This document shows positions 9,542 to 18,285 of a DNA stretch of 64,000 bases, piece after piece. The position numbers and the translations under genes are program-made. Within the stretch, counting starts at the first letter, position 1; each line of letters starts with the position of its first letter. A model generated the notes under the pieces. That model was not told the DNA's origin. It made no database searches and saw only the letters and a list, made by a program, of their open reading frames with translations. The DNA comes from Candidatus Micrarchaeota archaeon (GTDB taxonomy: Archaea > Micrarchaeota > Micrarchaeia > Anstonellales > Bilamarchaeaceae), in assembly GCA_043821365.1 (NCBI GenBank), contig JBDRCX010000006.1, forward strand, positions 96,001 to 160,000, given 5' to 3'.

Positions 9542-10708
9542 TTGTTAGTGGGTGGACAACGATTAAGCTTAGCCTATAGAAAAAATGATATAGATCCTAA
9601 ATCATTGGCTAGAGTAATTGCTGGAACACAGAGGTATAAATTTGGAAATTTATTAACAAAAGAACCACCCCCAATAGTGGCACAGATTAGAGATTTTGAA
9701 AGTGAAAGAACTCAAAGAAAATTTAATAGAGAGCTATGGGACAGTGCTGAACAAGGAAGCCTGGAGCGTGTTAAAAGAGCATTAGGGGATGGTGCTGAAA
9801 TAAATACACATGATGAACTAAAAGAAACTGCATTGATGAAAGCTAAGCATGAATTTCATGCTAGAAGCACTGGGCCTTTAGACAAATTGAGAATGATCAT
9901 AGTCATAGCATACTTGAAAGAAGCAGGTGCAACGATAACACACGAAGAAGAGAACATAGTAAATAAAAAAGGAAAGAAAGAAACGCTTGGTGCTTTTGCT
10001 CTTGATAAATTAAAAGAAATAGGAATTGGCATTGGAACAACTATGGTAGCAATTCCCACTGTTTTAGCAGGAATAATGCTGTTTGCATTCGGAGGAATGC
10101 AAGGTGGAATGGGATTGATGACATTTCCATTTGAAATTGTATATGGTGACTTAAAAGAATTTGGAGATATGATGATTAAACTTCCAAACATTCCTTTAAG
10201 CGTTGGGGGAATTCTGATGGGTACGTGTGCTGCTACAATAATTGGTGTTGGAGTTTTTGCAACTGAAAAGTTATTTAGTAGTAAGAATAAAATTGATGAT
10301 TTTGTTAATGAAACAGTAAACGTATTTGCCACTGTTGGTAAAGCACTCGGAGTCGCATGTTCATATTCTGGATTTTACCTTGGTACAATTGCAAATTTAG
10401 CTTATATTGCAGAACATGGAAAAATATCAAAGGAAGGATTCGCCCTCATTAGTTTGAGTGCAATAGGACGCAGTTTATCAAGAGCATTTATAAGACGAGA
10501 AGAAAATGAAAAAACAAATACTGATTTTCACATAAGATGGATAAAAGAAGCATCACGTGATCTTGCAATAATAACTGGTATTGCAACTTTAGGTGGTGCA
10601 GCAATAGCATATGCAACCGGAGTAAGTATGGTACTACATACTGTATTAGTGCCTGCTGCGATTGTTTGTATTGGTTATGGAGCAATAAAATTAGCAACAA
10701 AAAATTAA
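9542..10708 (+). CDS. Ankyrin-like repeat plus multi-pass membrane protein
   Basis: LWDSAEQGSLERVKRALGDGAEINTHDELKETALMKA resembles the ankyrin consensus. Several Gly-rich hydrophobic segments follow. Confidence 0.65.
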   Translation: MLVGGQRLSLAYRKNDIDPKSLARVIAGTQRYKFGNLLTKEPPPIVAQIRDFESERTQRKFNRELWDSAEQGSLERVKRALGDGAEINTHDELKETALMKAKHEFHARSTGPLDKLRMIIVIAYLKEAGATITHEEENIVNKKGKKETLGAFALDKLKEIGIGIGTTMVAIPTVLAGIMLFAFGGMQGGMGLMTFPFEIVYGDLKEFGDMMIKLPNIPLSVGGILMGTCAATIIGVGVFATEKLFSSKNKIDDFVNETVNVFATVGKALGVACSYSGFYLGTIANLAYIAEHGKISKEGFALISLSAIGRSLSRAFIRREENEKTNTDFHIRWIKEASRDLAIITGIATLGGAAIAYATGVSMVLHTVLVPAAIVCIGYGAIKLATKN

Positions 10709-10723
10709 AAATAAAAAATAAGA

Positions 10724-12373
10724 TTAACCCATCATGTCGCCCATACCAGGACCGCCTGGTGGCATTCCACCACCTCGACCTCCTCCTCTTGAGCTAATGA
10801 TATCATCAATTCTGAGAATTAATCTGGCAGTTTCAGTTGCTGAAACAATTGCTTGCTTCTTAACTTTTGCTGGTTCAAATATTCCAGCTGATTTCAAATC
10901 AGCAACTTTACCATGTAGAACATCAACACCAACTGTTTTCCCAGTTGCTTCTTTATGCTTTGTTCTGAGAGAAACAATTGTATCAATAACATCCATACCT
11001 GCATTTTCAGCCAATGCTCTTGGAATTGATTCTAATGCTTCTGCAAATGCTTGAATGGCTAGTTGTTCTCTGCCGCCAATGTGAGTTGCATAGTTATGGA
11101 CTTCTTTGCTTATTTCCATTTCTACACTACCGCCACCAACAACATATTTACCATCTTGTAGGGCACTGGCAACTGCACCACGTGCATCAACAACTGCTCT
11201 TTCGACTTCACTGACAACATGGTCAGTTCCACCACGAACAAATACAGTAACAGATTTTGGATCTTTGCACTTTTCAACAAAAACCATTGATTCGCCAGAG
11301 ACTTTCTTCTCTTCAACAAGACCAGCATTACCAAGGTCTGTATCTTTAAGATCTTCAAGAGTTGAAACAACCATAGCACCAGTTGCGCGAGAAAGTTTTT
11401 CCATGTCGCTTTTTTTCACTCTTCGTACTGCTGTAATTCCTTTCTTTGAAAGGAAATGTTGTACAAGATCATCAATGCCTTTTTGACAGAAGATAACATT
11501 TGCTTTAACTGCAGCAATTTTATCAACCATATCCCTCATCATTTTTTCTTCTTGTTGTAGGAATGCTTCCATTTTATCTGGGGATGTTATTTCGATTTTT
11601 GCATCTGTTTCTGTTTTCTCAATTTCAAGTGCTGCATCCAAAAGAAGGATTTTTGCATTCTTCACTGATTTTGGCATGCCGGCATGAACCACTTCCTTGT
11701 CAACCAATACACCACGGATAAGTTCAGTATCAAGAACTTCGCCGCCTGCCTTCTTTTCAATTTTTATTAAATCAAGATCAACCTTAGTTTTGCCTTCATT
11801 TGTTTCAGCAACCTGCATAACTGCTTCAGCCATTAAAGTAGCGATTTTCTTCTTTTCATCTTCACTACCAATGCCTTTTGAACCCATTGAAACAAGTGCA
11901 ATTTTTACCAAGACTTCTTTGTCGGTGGGTAACACTGGTTCTGAGATTTTTGCAAGTGCTTCTTCGGCTTTCTTAGCAGAAAGTTCATAACCCTTAATTA
12001 TAACTGTTGGGTGTATGTTTTGATCTAAAAGTTCACCTGCTTTTCTAAGTAGATTACCGGCTATAACTACACTGGTGGTAGTTCCATCTCCAACTTCCTT
12101 ATCTTGAGTTTTTGCAACTTCAACCATAAGCTTTGCAGCTGGATGATCAACATTCATTTCTTCAAGAACAGTTCTACCGTCATTTGTTATTACAATGTCG
12201 CCCAAATCAGAAACAAGCATCTTGTCCATACCTTTTGGACCAAGGGTTGTTTTGATTATGTTAGCCACTGCATACCCTATGGCAATGTTAATTCGCATTG
12301 CATCTCTTCCAATAACTCTCTGGGCCCCTTCTGGGAGCACATATGTTTGTTCACCACTTACTTGTTTGCTCAT
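10724..12373 (-). CDS. ths: Thermosome (group II chaperonin) subunit
   Basis: [21 protein letters not shown] and a GGM-type C-terminal tail; GAGGTG SD. Confidence 0.98.
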   Translation of the reverse strand: MSKQVSGEQTYVLPEGAQRVIGRDAMRINIAIGYAVANIIKTTLGPKGMDKMLVSDLGDIVITNDGRTVLEEMNVDHPAAKLMVEVAKTQDKEVGDGTTTSVVIAGNLLRKAGELLDQNIHPTVIIKGYELSAKKAEEALAKISEPVLPTDKEVLVKIALVSMGSKGIGSEDEKKKIATLMAEAVMQVAETNEGKTKVDLDLIKIEKKAGGEVLDTELIRGVLVDKEVVHAGMPKSVKNAKILLLDAALEIEKTETDAKIEITSPDKMEAFLQQEEKMMRDMVDKIAAVKANVIFCQKGIDDLVQHFLSKKGITAVRRVKKSDMEKLSRATGAMVVSTLEDLKDTDLGNAGLVEEKKVSGESMVFVEKCKDPKSVTVFVRGGTDHVVSEVERAVVDARGAVASALQDGKYVVGGGSVEMEISKEVHNYATHIGGREQLAIQAFAEALESIPRALAENAGMDVIDTIVSLRTKHKEATGKTVGVDVLHGKVADLKSAGIFEPAKVKKQAIVSATETARLILRIDDIISSRGGGRGGGMPPGGPGMGDMMG

Positions 12374-12377
12374 AGCT

Positions 12378-12455
12378 ACACCTCATAAAAATTCTTATTT
12401 TTATTAAGTCGAACAACGTTCGACACCTCATAAAAATTTCATTTTATTATTAAGT
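12378..12455. repeat. Tandem duplication of the thermosome leader (about 32 bp) with a perfect palindrome at the junction
   Basis: ACACCTCATAAAAATT at 12378-12393 and 12423-12438, both copies ending TATTAAGT. GTCGAAC-AAC-GTTCGAC lies at 12408-12424. Confidence 0.8.
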
Positions 12456-12593
12456 AAAAATGCTAGTGCATTTTTACACCTCTAATTAAGCATAGTTTTT
12501 AGACTATCAAAATGAGTTGAGATCAAATATGTATCGAAAATGTTTAAAAAACTAGCTAAGGCAGGCGCTAAAAACCTTTTGACCCAGAATACC

Positions 12594-12648
12594 TTTGTTT
12601 ATCTATAGATAATGAGGTGCGGAACATTGGTTCCGCAAGTGAACAAAA
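12594..12648. repeat. Intergenic palindromic element related to the RNase P RNA P3 module
   Basis: GAGGTGCGGAACATTGGTTCCGCAA (12614-12638) matches 15851-15875 at 22/25 positions. It is flanked by TTTGTTT...GAACAAA, as the RNA modules are. Confidence 0.7.
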
Positions 12649-12700
12649 ATGGATTGGAATTTTTTGGAAAAAATTTCAAGTATTGAAAATGTGATTTTCA

Positions 12701-14020
12701 ATGGATTTAGGTAAAAAACTCAGAGAAGCATTGGCAAAACTCACCAATAGGCCATATGTTGACGAAAATGATGTCAGAGCATTGATAAAGGACCTTCAAC
12801 GGGTGCTGATATCATCTGATGTCAGTGTAAAGCTAGTATTTGCCTTATCAAAAAGAATCGAAGAAAGAGCATTAAAATCAAAAAAGATGGACGCACTTAC
12901 ACTCAAGGAACACGTCACTAAAATTGTCTATGAAGAACTTGTGTCATTAATGGGAGAAAGTTACACTGCAAGATTGGATAAACACAAAATCCTCATGTCT
13001 GGACTTTATGGTAGTGGTAAAACAACCTCTTGCGCCAAGCTTGCACATTTCTATAAAACAAAAGGCTTGAGTGTTGGTCTTGTGGCAGCAGATACTGATA
13101 GACCTGCAGCACAGGAACAATTAGAACAGCTTTCCAAAACAGTTGGAACTGCTTTTTATACGATTAAAGGAGAGAAAAACCCGGCAAAAATTGTAAAAGA
13201 TGCGCTGAAAAAAGCAAAAGAAGACGTAATAATCGTAGACTCTGCTGGAAGAAGTGCATTTGACGGACATTTGGTAGAAGAACTAAGGGAAATTGCAGAT
13301 GTATTAAAACCAGAAGAATGTTACCTTGTTATAAGTGCTGATCTTGGACAAATTGCAGGCAAACAAGCAACAGAATTCAATGCAGCTGTTCCTCTTTCTG
13401 GTGTTTTTGTTACCAAGATGGATGGTTCAGGTAAAGGGGGGGGAGCATTAAGTTCAGTTGCAGCATCCAATGCAAAAATTTCATTTGTTGGTATTGGGGA
13501 AAAATCATCTGACATTGAAGTGTATAATTCTGAAAAATTTGTTGGTAGGCTTTTGGGTGTTCCTGATATCGGAGCCTTAATGGAAAAGATAAAAGAAATA
13601 TCAAAAGAAACTGACCTTAAAAAAATAGAATCAGAAGAACTTACAATTGAATCTTTTTATGAACAATTGAAAGCAGCTAAAAAACTAGGTCCACTTAGTA
13701 GTGTTTTCTCAATGATAGGTGCTGTTGATGTACCAAAAGAAATGGTACAACAAAGTGAGGACAAGCTGAAGAAATTTGAATGTATGATAAATTCGATGAC
13801 AAAGCAGGAAAAAAAAGATGCAAAGATATTGAAAAATAATGCAAATAGGATAGCAAGGATTGCAAAAGGAAGCGGTTGTACAGAAAAAGAAGTCAGAGAA
13901 TTTTTATCTCAATTTGAAAAGATGGAAAAAATGATGAATATGTTTAAGCACAACCGTGGATTTAGAAAAAAGATGGAAAAAATGATGCAAGGCGGAAATG
14001 TTAATCTTCCTAACATGTAA
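12701..14020 (+). CDS. srp54: Signal recognition particle protein SRP54
   Basis: GLYGSGKTT, DTDRPAA, DSAGR, TKMDG..GGGALS, and a C-terminal M domain (IARIAKGSG). Confidence 0.96.
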   Translation: MDLGKKLREALAKLTNRPYVDENDVRALIKDLQRVLISSDVSVKLVFALSKRIEERALKSKKMDALTLKEHVTKIVYEELVSLMGESYTARLDKHKILMSGLYGSGKTTSCAKLAHFYKTKGLSVGLVAADTDRPAAQEQLEQLSKTVGTAFYTIKGEKNPAKIVKDALKKAKEDVIIVDSAGRSAFDGHLVEELREIADVLKPEECYLVISADLGQIAGKQATEFNAAVPLSGVFVTKMDGSGKGGGALSSVAASNAKISFVGIGEKSSDIEVYNSEKFVGRLLGVPDIGALMEKIKEISKETDLKKIESEELTIESFYEQLKAAKKLGPLSSVFSMIGAVDVPKEMVQQSEDKLKKFECMINSMTKQEKKDAKILKNNANRIARIAKGSGCTEKEVREFLSQFEKMEKMMNMFKHNRGFRKKMEKMMQGGNVNLPNM

Positions 14021-14052
14021 ATGAGATTGTTTTAAGTATTGTAATTCAATAT

Positions 14053-14577
14053 TTAACTGGATTTTTTGATAATTTTCTTTGCCTCGGAGGATAGCATACA
14101 ACCTTTCTTCTGAAGGAAAATTAATACTCCTTTTAGAATTTGTTGATTTGGAACAATGGCAACATAAATTAGATCATACTCCCTGAAGTAAAGTTGTATT
14201 TTTGGTTCCGAAAGAGTATGTGCCTCAACTTTCTCGATCTCAGTATACCCCCTCTTAGAAAGACTGAAGGATAGGAACCTGCCTTCTAGATATTCCAAAT
14301 AGGTATCATAAAAGACCATTTTAGGATTTATATTATTCAATAGAAAGAACACTGGAGTATAACCTTTCCTTCTTTTAATCGAAGAAGCAACTAGTGGAAC
14401 AACCATCTTACTATGTTCGAATTTTAGTTCTTTTTTATTAATTTCTGATGATCTTTTTAACTGGAATAAGAGATAGAATAATATTAGTAGGCCAAATAAA
14501 AGAAATGGACAAATACATTGGAGGGAGTAGAGAAACGAGGATATTAGTGTGAACCAATCACCATATGCTAAAACCAT
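14053..14577 (-). CDS. Hypothetical protein with N-terminal membrane segment(s)
   Basis: Hydrophobic N-terminus followed by a soluble domain; convergent with srp54. Confidence 0.65.
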   Translation of the reverse strand: MVLAYGDWFTLISSFLYSLQCICPFLLFGLLILFYLLFQLKRSSEINKKELKFEHSKMVVPLVASSIKRRKGYTPVFFLLNNINPKMVFYDTYLEYLEGRFLSFSLSKRGYTEIEKVEAHTLSEPKIQLYFREYDLIYVAIVPNQQILKGVLIFLQKKGCMLSSEAKKIIKKSS

Positions 14578-14738
14578 GATAAAAAATAAGAAGATAAATT
14601 ATATATTACAACCCAGAATTAGAATAACAACGCTTTGTACAACAATTAACCACATTTTTGTGCAGGATTTGGTTTTGCTATATTTATTGTGCAAAGCCAA
14701 TAACAACTTTTATAAACACTTTCTAACACAACCAAACT

Positions 14739-15752
14739 ATGGTTCAGACAGTCAAATCCTTATATCAAGCAGTGAACGATAGACGTTCAGTACGAGTCTT
14801 TACAGATAAACAAATTGAACCAGAAAAATTACAAAGAATACTAGAAACAGCAAGAAATGCACCACAAATATCACCAGGCTCATATTCTATTACTGTAGTT
14901 CAAGACCCTAAACAAAAGGCAGATCTTCGAGCAGCATCATTACGTCAAAAATACGTAGAAACTGCACCAACAGATCTTGTTGTTTTAGTAAACAAATATG
15001 ATTTACCTAGTATTCAAGATGCAACAACTGCAACTGCCTATGCTGATCTTACAACTCATGTTTTAGGATTGGGAAGTGTTTGGATAGGTGCATTCCACCC
15101 AGATCAAGTAGGTCAGATTGTAGGTGCAAGACCAAGGCAGGTTCCTGTAGCCATTCTATGTTGCGGTGAACCTGAACCAAGAGAAAATGTTCATAGAACT
15201 CCAAGGAGACCATTAGATGATTTGATAACTGTTATCGGTCGTGACGGTCATTCGATTCCTTATCATGGGATTGGAAGCACAATGCTAGGGAGCAGACTAT
15301 TTTTTGATGTTATAGAACGTAGAATTTCAACAAGAAAGTTTACTGGGAAACCAATCGAAGAAGCCAAAATACACAGAATTATTGAATCTGCAAACAGAGC
15401 TCCGTCTGCAGGAAATCTACAAGCATATGATTTGATGCTGTTTACCGACCCAACTTTGATGAAGATATTTATGAGAACTGCGCTTGGCCAAAAAACAAAT
15501 GGAGAAGGAGCATTGCTGATAGTTATGGCAAATCAGCTTAGATCAAGTATAAAATACAGAGAAAGAGGAGCTGAACTTTATTGTTTACAAGATGCAACAA
15601 TTGCAGCAGCATATGCTGATTTGGCAGCACAAGATGTTGGACTTGGAACAAACATGATTACCAAATTTAATATCCCAAATGTAGCAGCTTTGATTGGAGC
15701 AAATAGATACCAGATACCAATTGCAGTTCTAGCAATTGGGAATATTGCATAA
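14739..15752 (+). CDS. Tandem nitroreductase-family protein
   Basis: Two units: RRSVRVF...APQ...LGLGSVWIGAF and RRISTRKF...APSAGNLQ...VGLGTNMI. Confidence 0.85.
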   Translation: MVQTVKSLYQAVNDRRSVRVFTDKQIEPEKLQRILETARNAPQISPGSYSITVVQDPKQKADLRAASLRQKYVETAPTDLVVLVNKYDLPSIQDATTATAYADLTTHVLGLGSVWIGAFHPDQVGQIVGARPRQVPVAILCCGEPEPRENVHRTPRRPLDDLITVIGRDGHSIPYHGIGSTMLGSRLFFDVIERRISTRKFTGKPIEEAKIHRIIESANRAPSAGNLQAYDLMLFTDPTLMKIFMRTALGQKTNGEGALLIVMANQLRSSIKYRERGAELYCLQDATIAAAYADLAAQDVGLGTNMITKFNIPNVAALIGANRYQIPIAVLAIGNIA

Positions 15753-15784
15753 ATTTTTATTAACAAATTAGCATAATATTGATT

Positions 15785-16171
15785 GGTGAGGGGTAAACTG
15801 GTACGTTTTTTGTTTGTTTGAGGGGGCACGCCCCCTCGTACCCCCGAAAGGAGGTGTGGAACCTTGGTTCCACAAACAAACTAAAATGAGGAAGTTCTGC
15901 CCTCTGCGAGGATAACAGGCTTTAAGGGCTTGAGAGTGCTACAGAAACGATACTTTTTTGTTTAAGGGCTGCCCATTGTACCCCGTTCGCGGGGTGCGGG
16001 GTGTCCCAGCAAACAATAAAAGATGCAACGCGTACTCTTTTATCCAATGACAGAGCAAGGCCTTTGGGCCGCTTTCTGAAATTCGCAAGAATTTTGGAAC
16101 CTTTTGATCTAGTAATAGATCAAATTGAAGTCAAATCCAGTAAATACAAAAGGCAGACTATTCCCCTCACC
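15785..16171 (+). ncRNA. rnpB: RNase P RNA (archaeal)
   Basis: P1: GGTGAGGGG (15785) / CCCCTCACC (16171). P2: ACTGG/CCAGT. CR-I: GAGGAAGTTCTGCC (15888). CR-II: ACAGAAAC. CR-III-like: GATGCAACG. CR-IV-like: AGTCAAAT. CR-V: TACAAAAGGCAGACTA, pairing as P4. Further helices CTCTG/CAGAG, GGATAA/TTATCC and AGAGTGC/GTACTCT. TATA-like TTTATTAA about 25 nt upstream. Confidence 0.92.
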
Positions 16172-16284
16172 TTCTACTTTTTAGGAAAAAGTGGAGTAAA
16201 AACTGATTATAAAAGAACCAAAAAATTCAATATTTAAATCTTCCACTACATTAAAGTTTCTAACACATTAAAGAGGATAGAAAT

Positions 16285-17298
16285 ATGGGTAGAGTATTAG
16301 AACGCACAGATCGAATACAGCATCGCATTCATCAGCCACCAAAAAGATGGGAAAAAACTTTACGTGAAGACATATGCAGGCATATGCCATCTGATCTATG
16401 GCCAAGCATACCAACCACAACAATGCTTACAATTGCATTAACATTAGCCAGGCCAACGAGTCATTTCTTATGGATAAGCGGGGAGGAAATAGCTGAAATT
16501 GCAATTAGGATGGCCAACCAAAGAGATTCGCCCATATGGGTAAGAACAACTGTTGAAGAATATGGTGGTATGAAACAGACACACTCGGCCATCACTTGGA
16601 GTAGAAGAATGAAGGTAGCTCCTGAGATAGGTGATATGTTAGGTAAAGTAGCAATGTTTATGGCATCAGAAAGACGTAATAAAAGAAATATGGTTGAGCT
16701 TCATGGAGTCATAATTGAATCTGTCCTTGAAATGATGGAAACAGATCGAGAGACAATGATTGATAGACTTGGATTAAACAGACGCAGACAAGCAAACTAC
16801 GAAAGATTAACCAATACCTCAGGTAGAGTTTATGACATTGGTTGTGAAGAAGGTGGGTTGATAACAATTGAACAAGTTAGACAGCCATTGGTCCTAGTTG
16901 AAAAAGACCCAATGATGGTTATGCTTCTTACAGAATATGCAAAACGCCAAGGAAGAGATGATGTTGAAATCGTACCTTCTGACTTTCGTGAAGTTCAGTA
17001 TCAAGAACAGGCATATGCAGTGAACATAAACGGAGTGTTGCATAGTCTAGGGATTAATGAAATTGCAGATGCAGTAACAAGATTATTCGGATTTGTAGAA
17101 AAGGGTGGAATCCTACAAACAGTTGATGCAGATGGATGGTGCTGTAATCACGCAACACCTGAAAAAGTAGTGGAAATAGGGAATGCAATAAGGAGACTTG
17201 GTGCTGAACGTATAGAAGAATATGTTGAAACAGACCAACTCCCATTATGGGGAAAGCCATTCAATATGGCTTATCACAGGTATGTTGCCTGGAAGTAA
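16285..17298 (+). CDS. Hypothetical protein with C-terminal class I SAM-dependent methyltransferase-like domain
   Basis: VYDIGCEEGG (motif I-like), LVLVEKD, VPSDF and LVEKGGIL; the N-terminal half is unassigned. Confidence 0.65.
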   Translation: MGRVLERTDRIQHRIHQPPKRWEKTLREDICRHMPSDLWPSIPTTTMLTIALTLARPTSHFLWISGEEIAEIAIRMANQRDSPIWVRTTVEEYGGMKQTHSAITWSRRMKVAPEIGDMLGKVAMFMASERRNKRNMVELHGVIIESVLEMMETDRETMIDRLGLNRRRQANYERLTNTSGRVYDIGCEEGGLITIEQVRQPLVLVEKDPMMVMLLTEYAKRQGRDDVEIVPSDFREVQYQEQAYAVNINGVLHSLGINEIADAVTRLFGFVEKGGILQTVDADGWCCNHATPEKVVEIGNAIRRLGAERIEEYVETDQLPLWGKPFNMAYHRYVAWK

Positions 17299-18234
17299 TC
17301 ACCGAAACGGTCGTGTATTTCTCCTTAATGGTTTTAATCCTGACAATGAAGTCAAAGAAGCTTCGATTGATTCTATTTCATTTGGATCTAAGGCAGCACA
17401 CATATCTGCTTCTATCAATACAGCAGGATATGCAAAGTTTTCACCCAAAGCAGAAAGCCCACAAATTATAGCTGCAACTTTATCAATTTCTGACGAAGTA
17501 GTTTCGATTCTAAGTGGAAGATCATTTTTTGCTGGTTTAATATAGAAAACAGAAATCTGTTTGTTATTTTCAGAATATGGTATTTTTTCAGTGCGTTCAT
17601 AAGCATCCAAAAGAAGATTGCACAAAACACTGTCAGAACAATTTAAACCAAATTCTTTTGCAAGTTTTTTTGAACGTGCGTCTTTTATCACTCCAATCAA
17701 AAAACATTTTCTATCATTGCAATTCTGATAAAGTTTTTTGTATAGTTCAAGCACTTCAATATATAGCTTGAAAAGATCGCTTTCTTTTTGAGGACAGTCA
17801 GAAGGAAGAGGAAGTAGGGAACCATCAATTAGCATAACTTGTGGTGAAAACTTCTCCAAGCATTCAATAGAGCATGATAATTCTTCCTTTAAACGAATTA
17901 AGGAACGGAAAACCAAAGCTTCGTGTTCATCTAATGAATTTTCAATAAATACATCTGGTTTGGGATTTTTTTCAGGATGATAAACAAATGACTGGAGTTT
18001 AGAATTAGAATAAACAAAATGCACTCCAACTGCTCTGCATAATACAATGTCTGCACCATGCATCCTATGATAAAGTAGGCCACCATCAACTGCACAAACT
18101 GAGAGATCAGATTGTACTTTCTCTACCTTGCAGATTTTTTCAGGATTGGATTCACGAATATTTTTTACCTTATCTTTTAGTAGGTTGTAATTCTGTTTGA
18201 TTTCTTTTGCAAGTGTAGAAAGTTTCTCTCTCAT
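17299..18234 (-). CDS. nurA: NurA-family 5'-3' nuclease
   Basis: CAVDGG, MLIDGSL, LIGVIKD, YPAVLIEAD..A. Confidence 0.88.
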   Translation of the reverse strand: MREKLSTLAKEIKQNYNLLKDKVKNIRESNPEKICKVEKVQSDLSVCAVDGGLLYHRMHGADIVLCRAVGVHFVYSNSKLQSFVYHPEKNPKPDVFIENSLDEHEALVFRSLIRLKEELSCSIECLEKFSPQVMLIDGSLLPLPSDCPQKESDLFKLYIEVLELYKKLYQNCNDRKCFLIGVIKDARSKKLAKEFGLNCSDSVLCNLLLDAYERTEKIPYSENNKQISVFYIKPAKNDLPLRIETTSSEIDKVAAIICGLSALGENFAYPAVLIEADMCAALDPNEIESIEASLTSLSGLKPLRRNTRPFR

Positions 18235-18285
18235 GTAAAGTTAACGATCAAAAACATATTTTAACTCTGTGTAAGATAGAAATAT

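Noticed and set aside
10724-10790. GGM/GGP low-complexity repeat
   Set aside because: This is the normal chaperonin C-terminal tail.
12456-12700. Possible SRP (7S) RNA next to srp54
   Set aside because: The region is AT-rich, with no helix-8 GGAA/AGCAG motif and no long GC-rich stem; only the short palindromic element is present.
14549-14782. 77-aa ORF in the nitroreductase promoter region
   Set aside because: It overlaps both neighbours, is AT-rich and promoter-like, and has no motif.
15785-16020. GC-rich hairpins initially read as IS200/IS605 ends or a CRISPR leader
   Set aside because: They are enclosed by RNase P conserved regions; there is no transposase and no repeat-spacer periodicity.
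16001-16237. 78-aa ORF on the + strand
   Set aside because: It lies within the 3' half of the RNase P RNA and has no protein motif.
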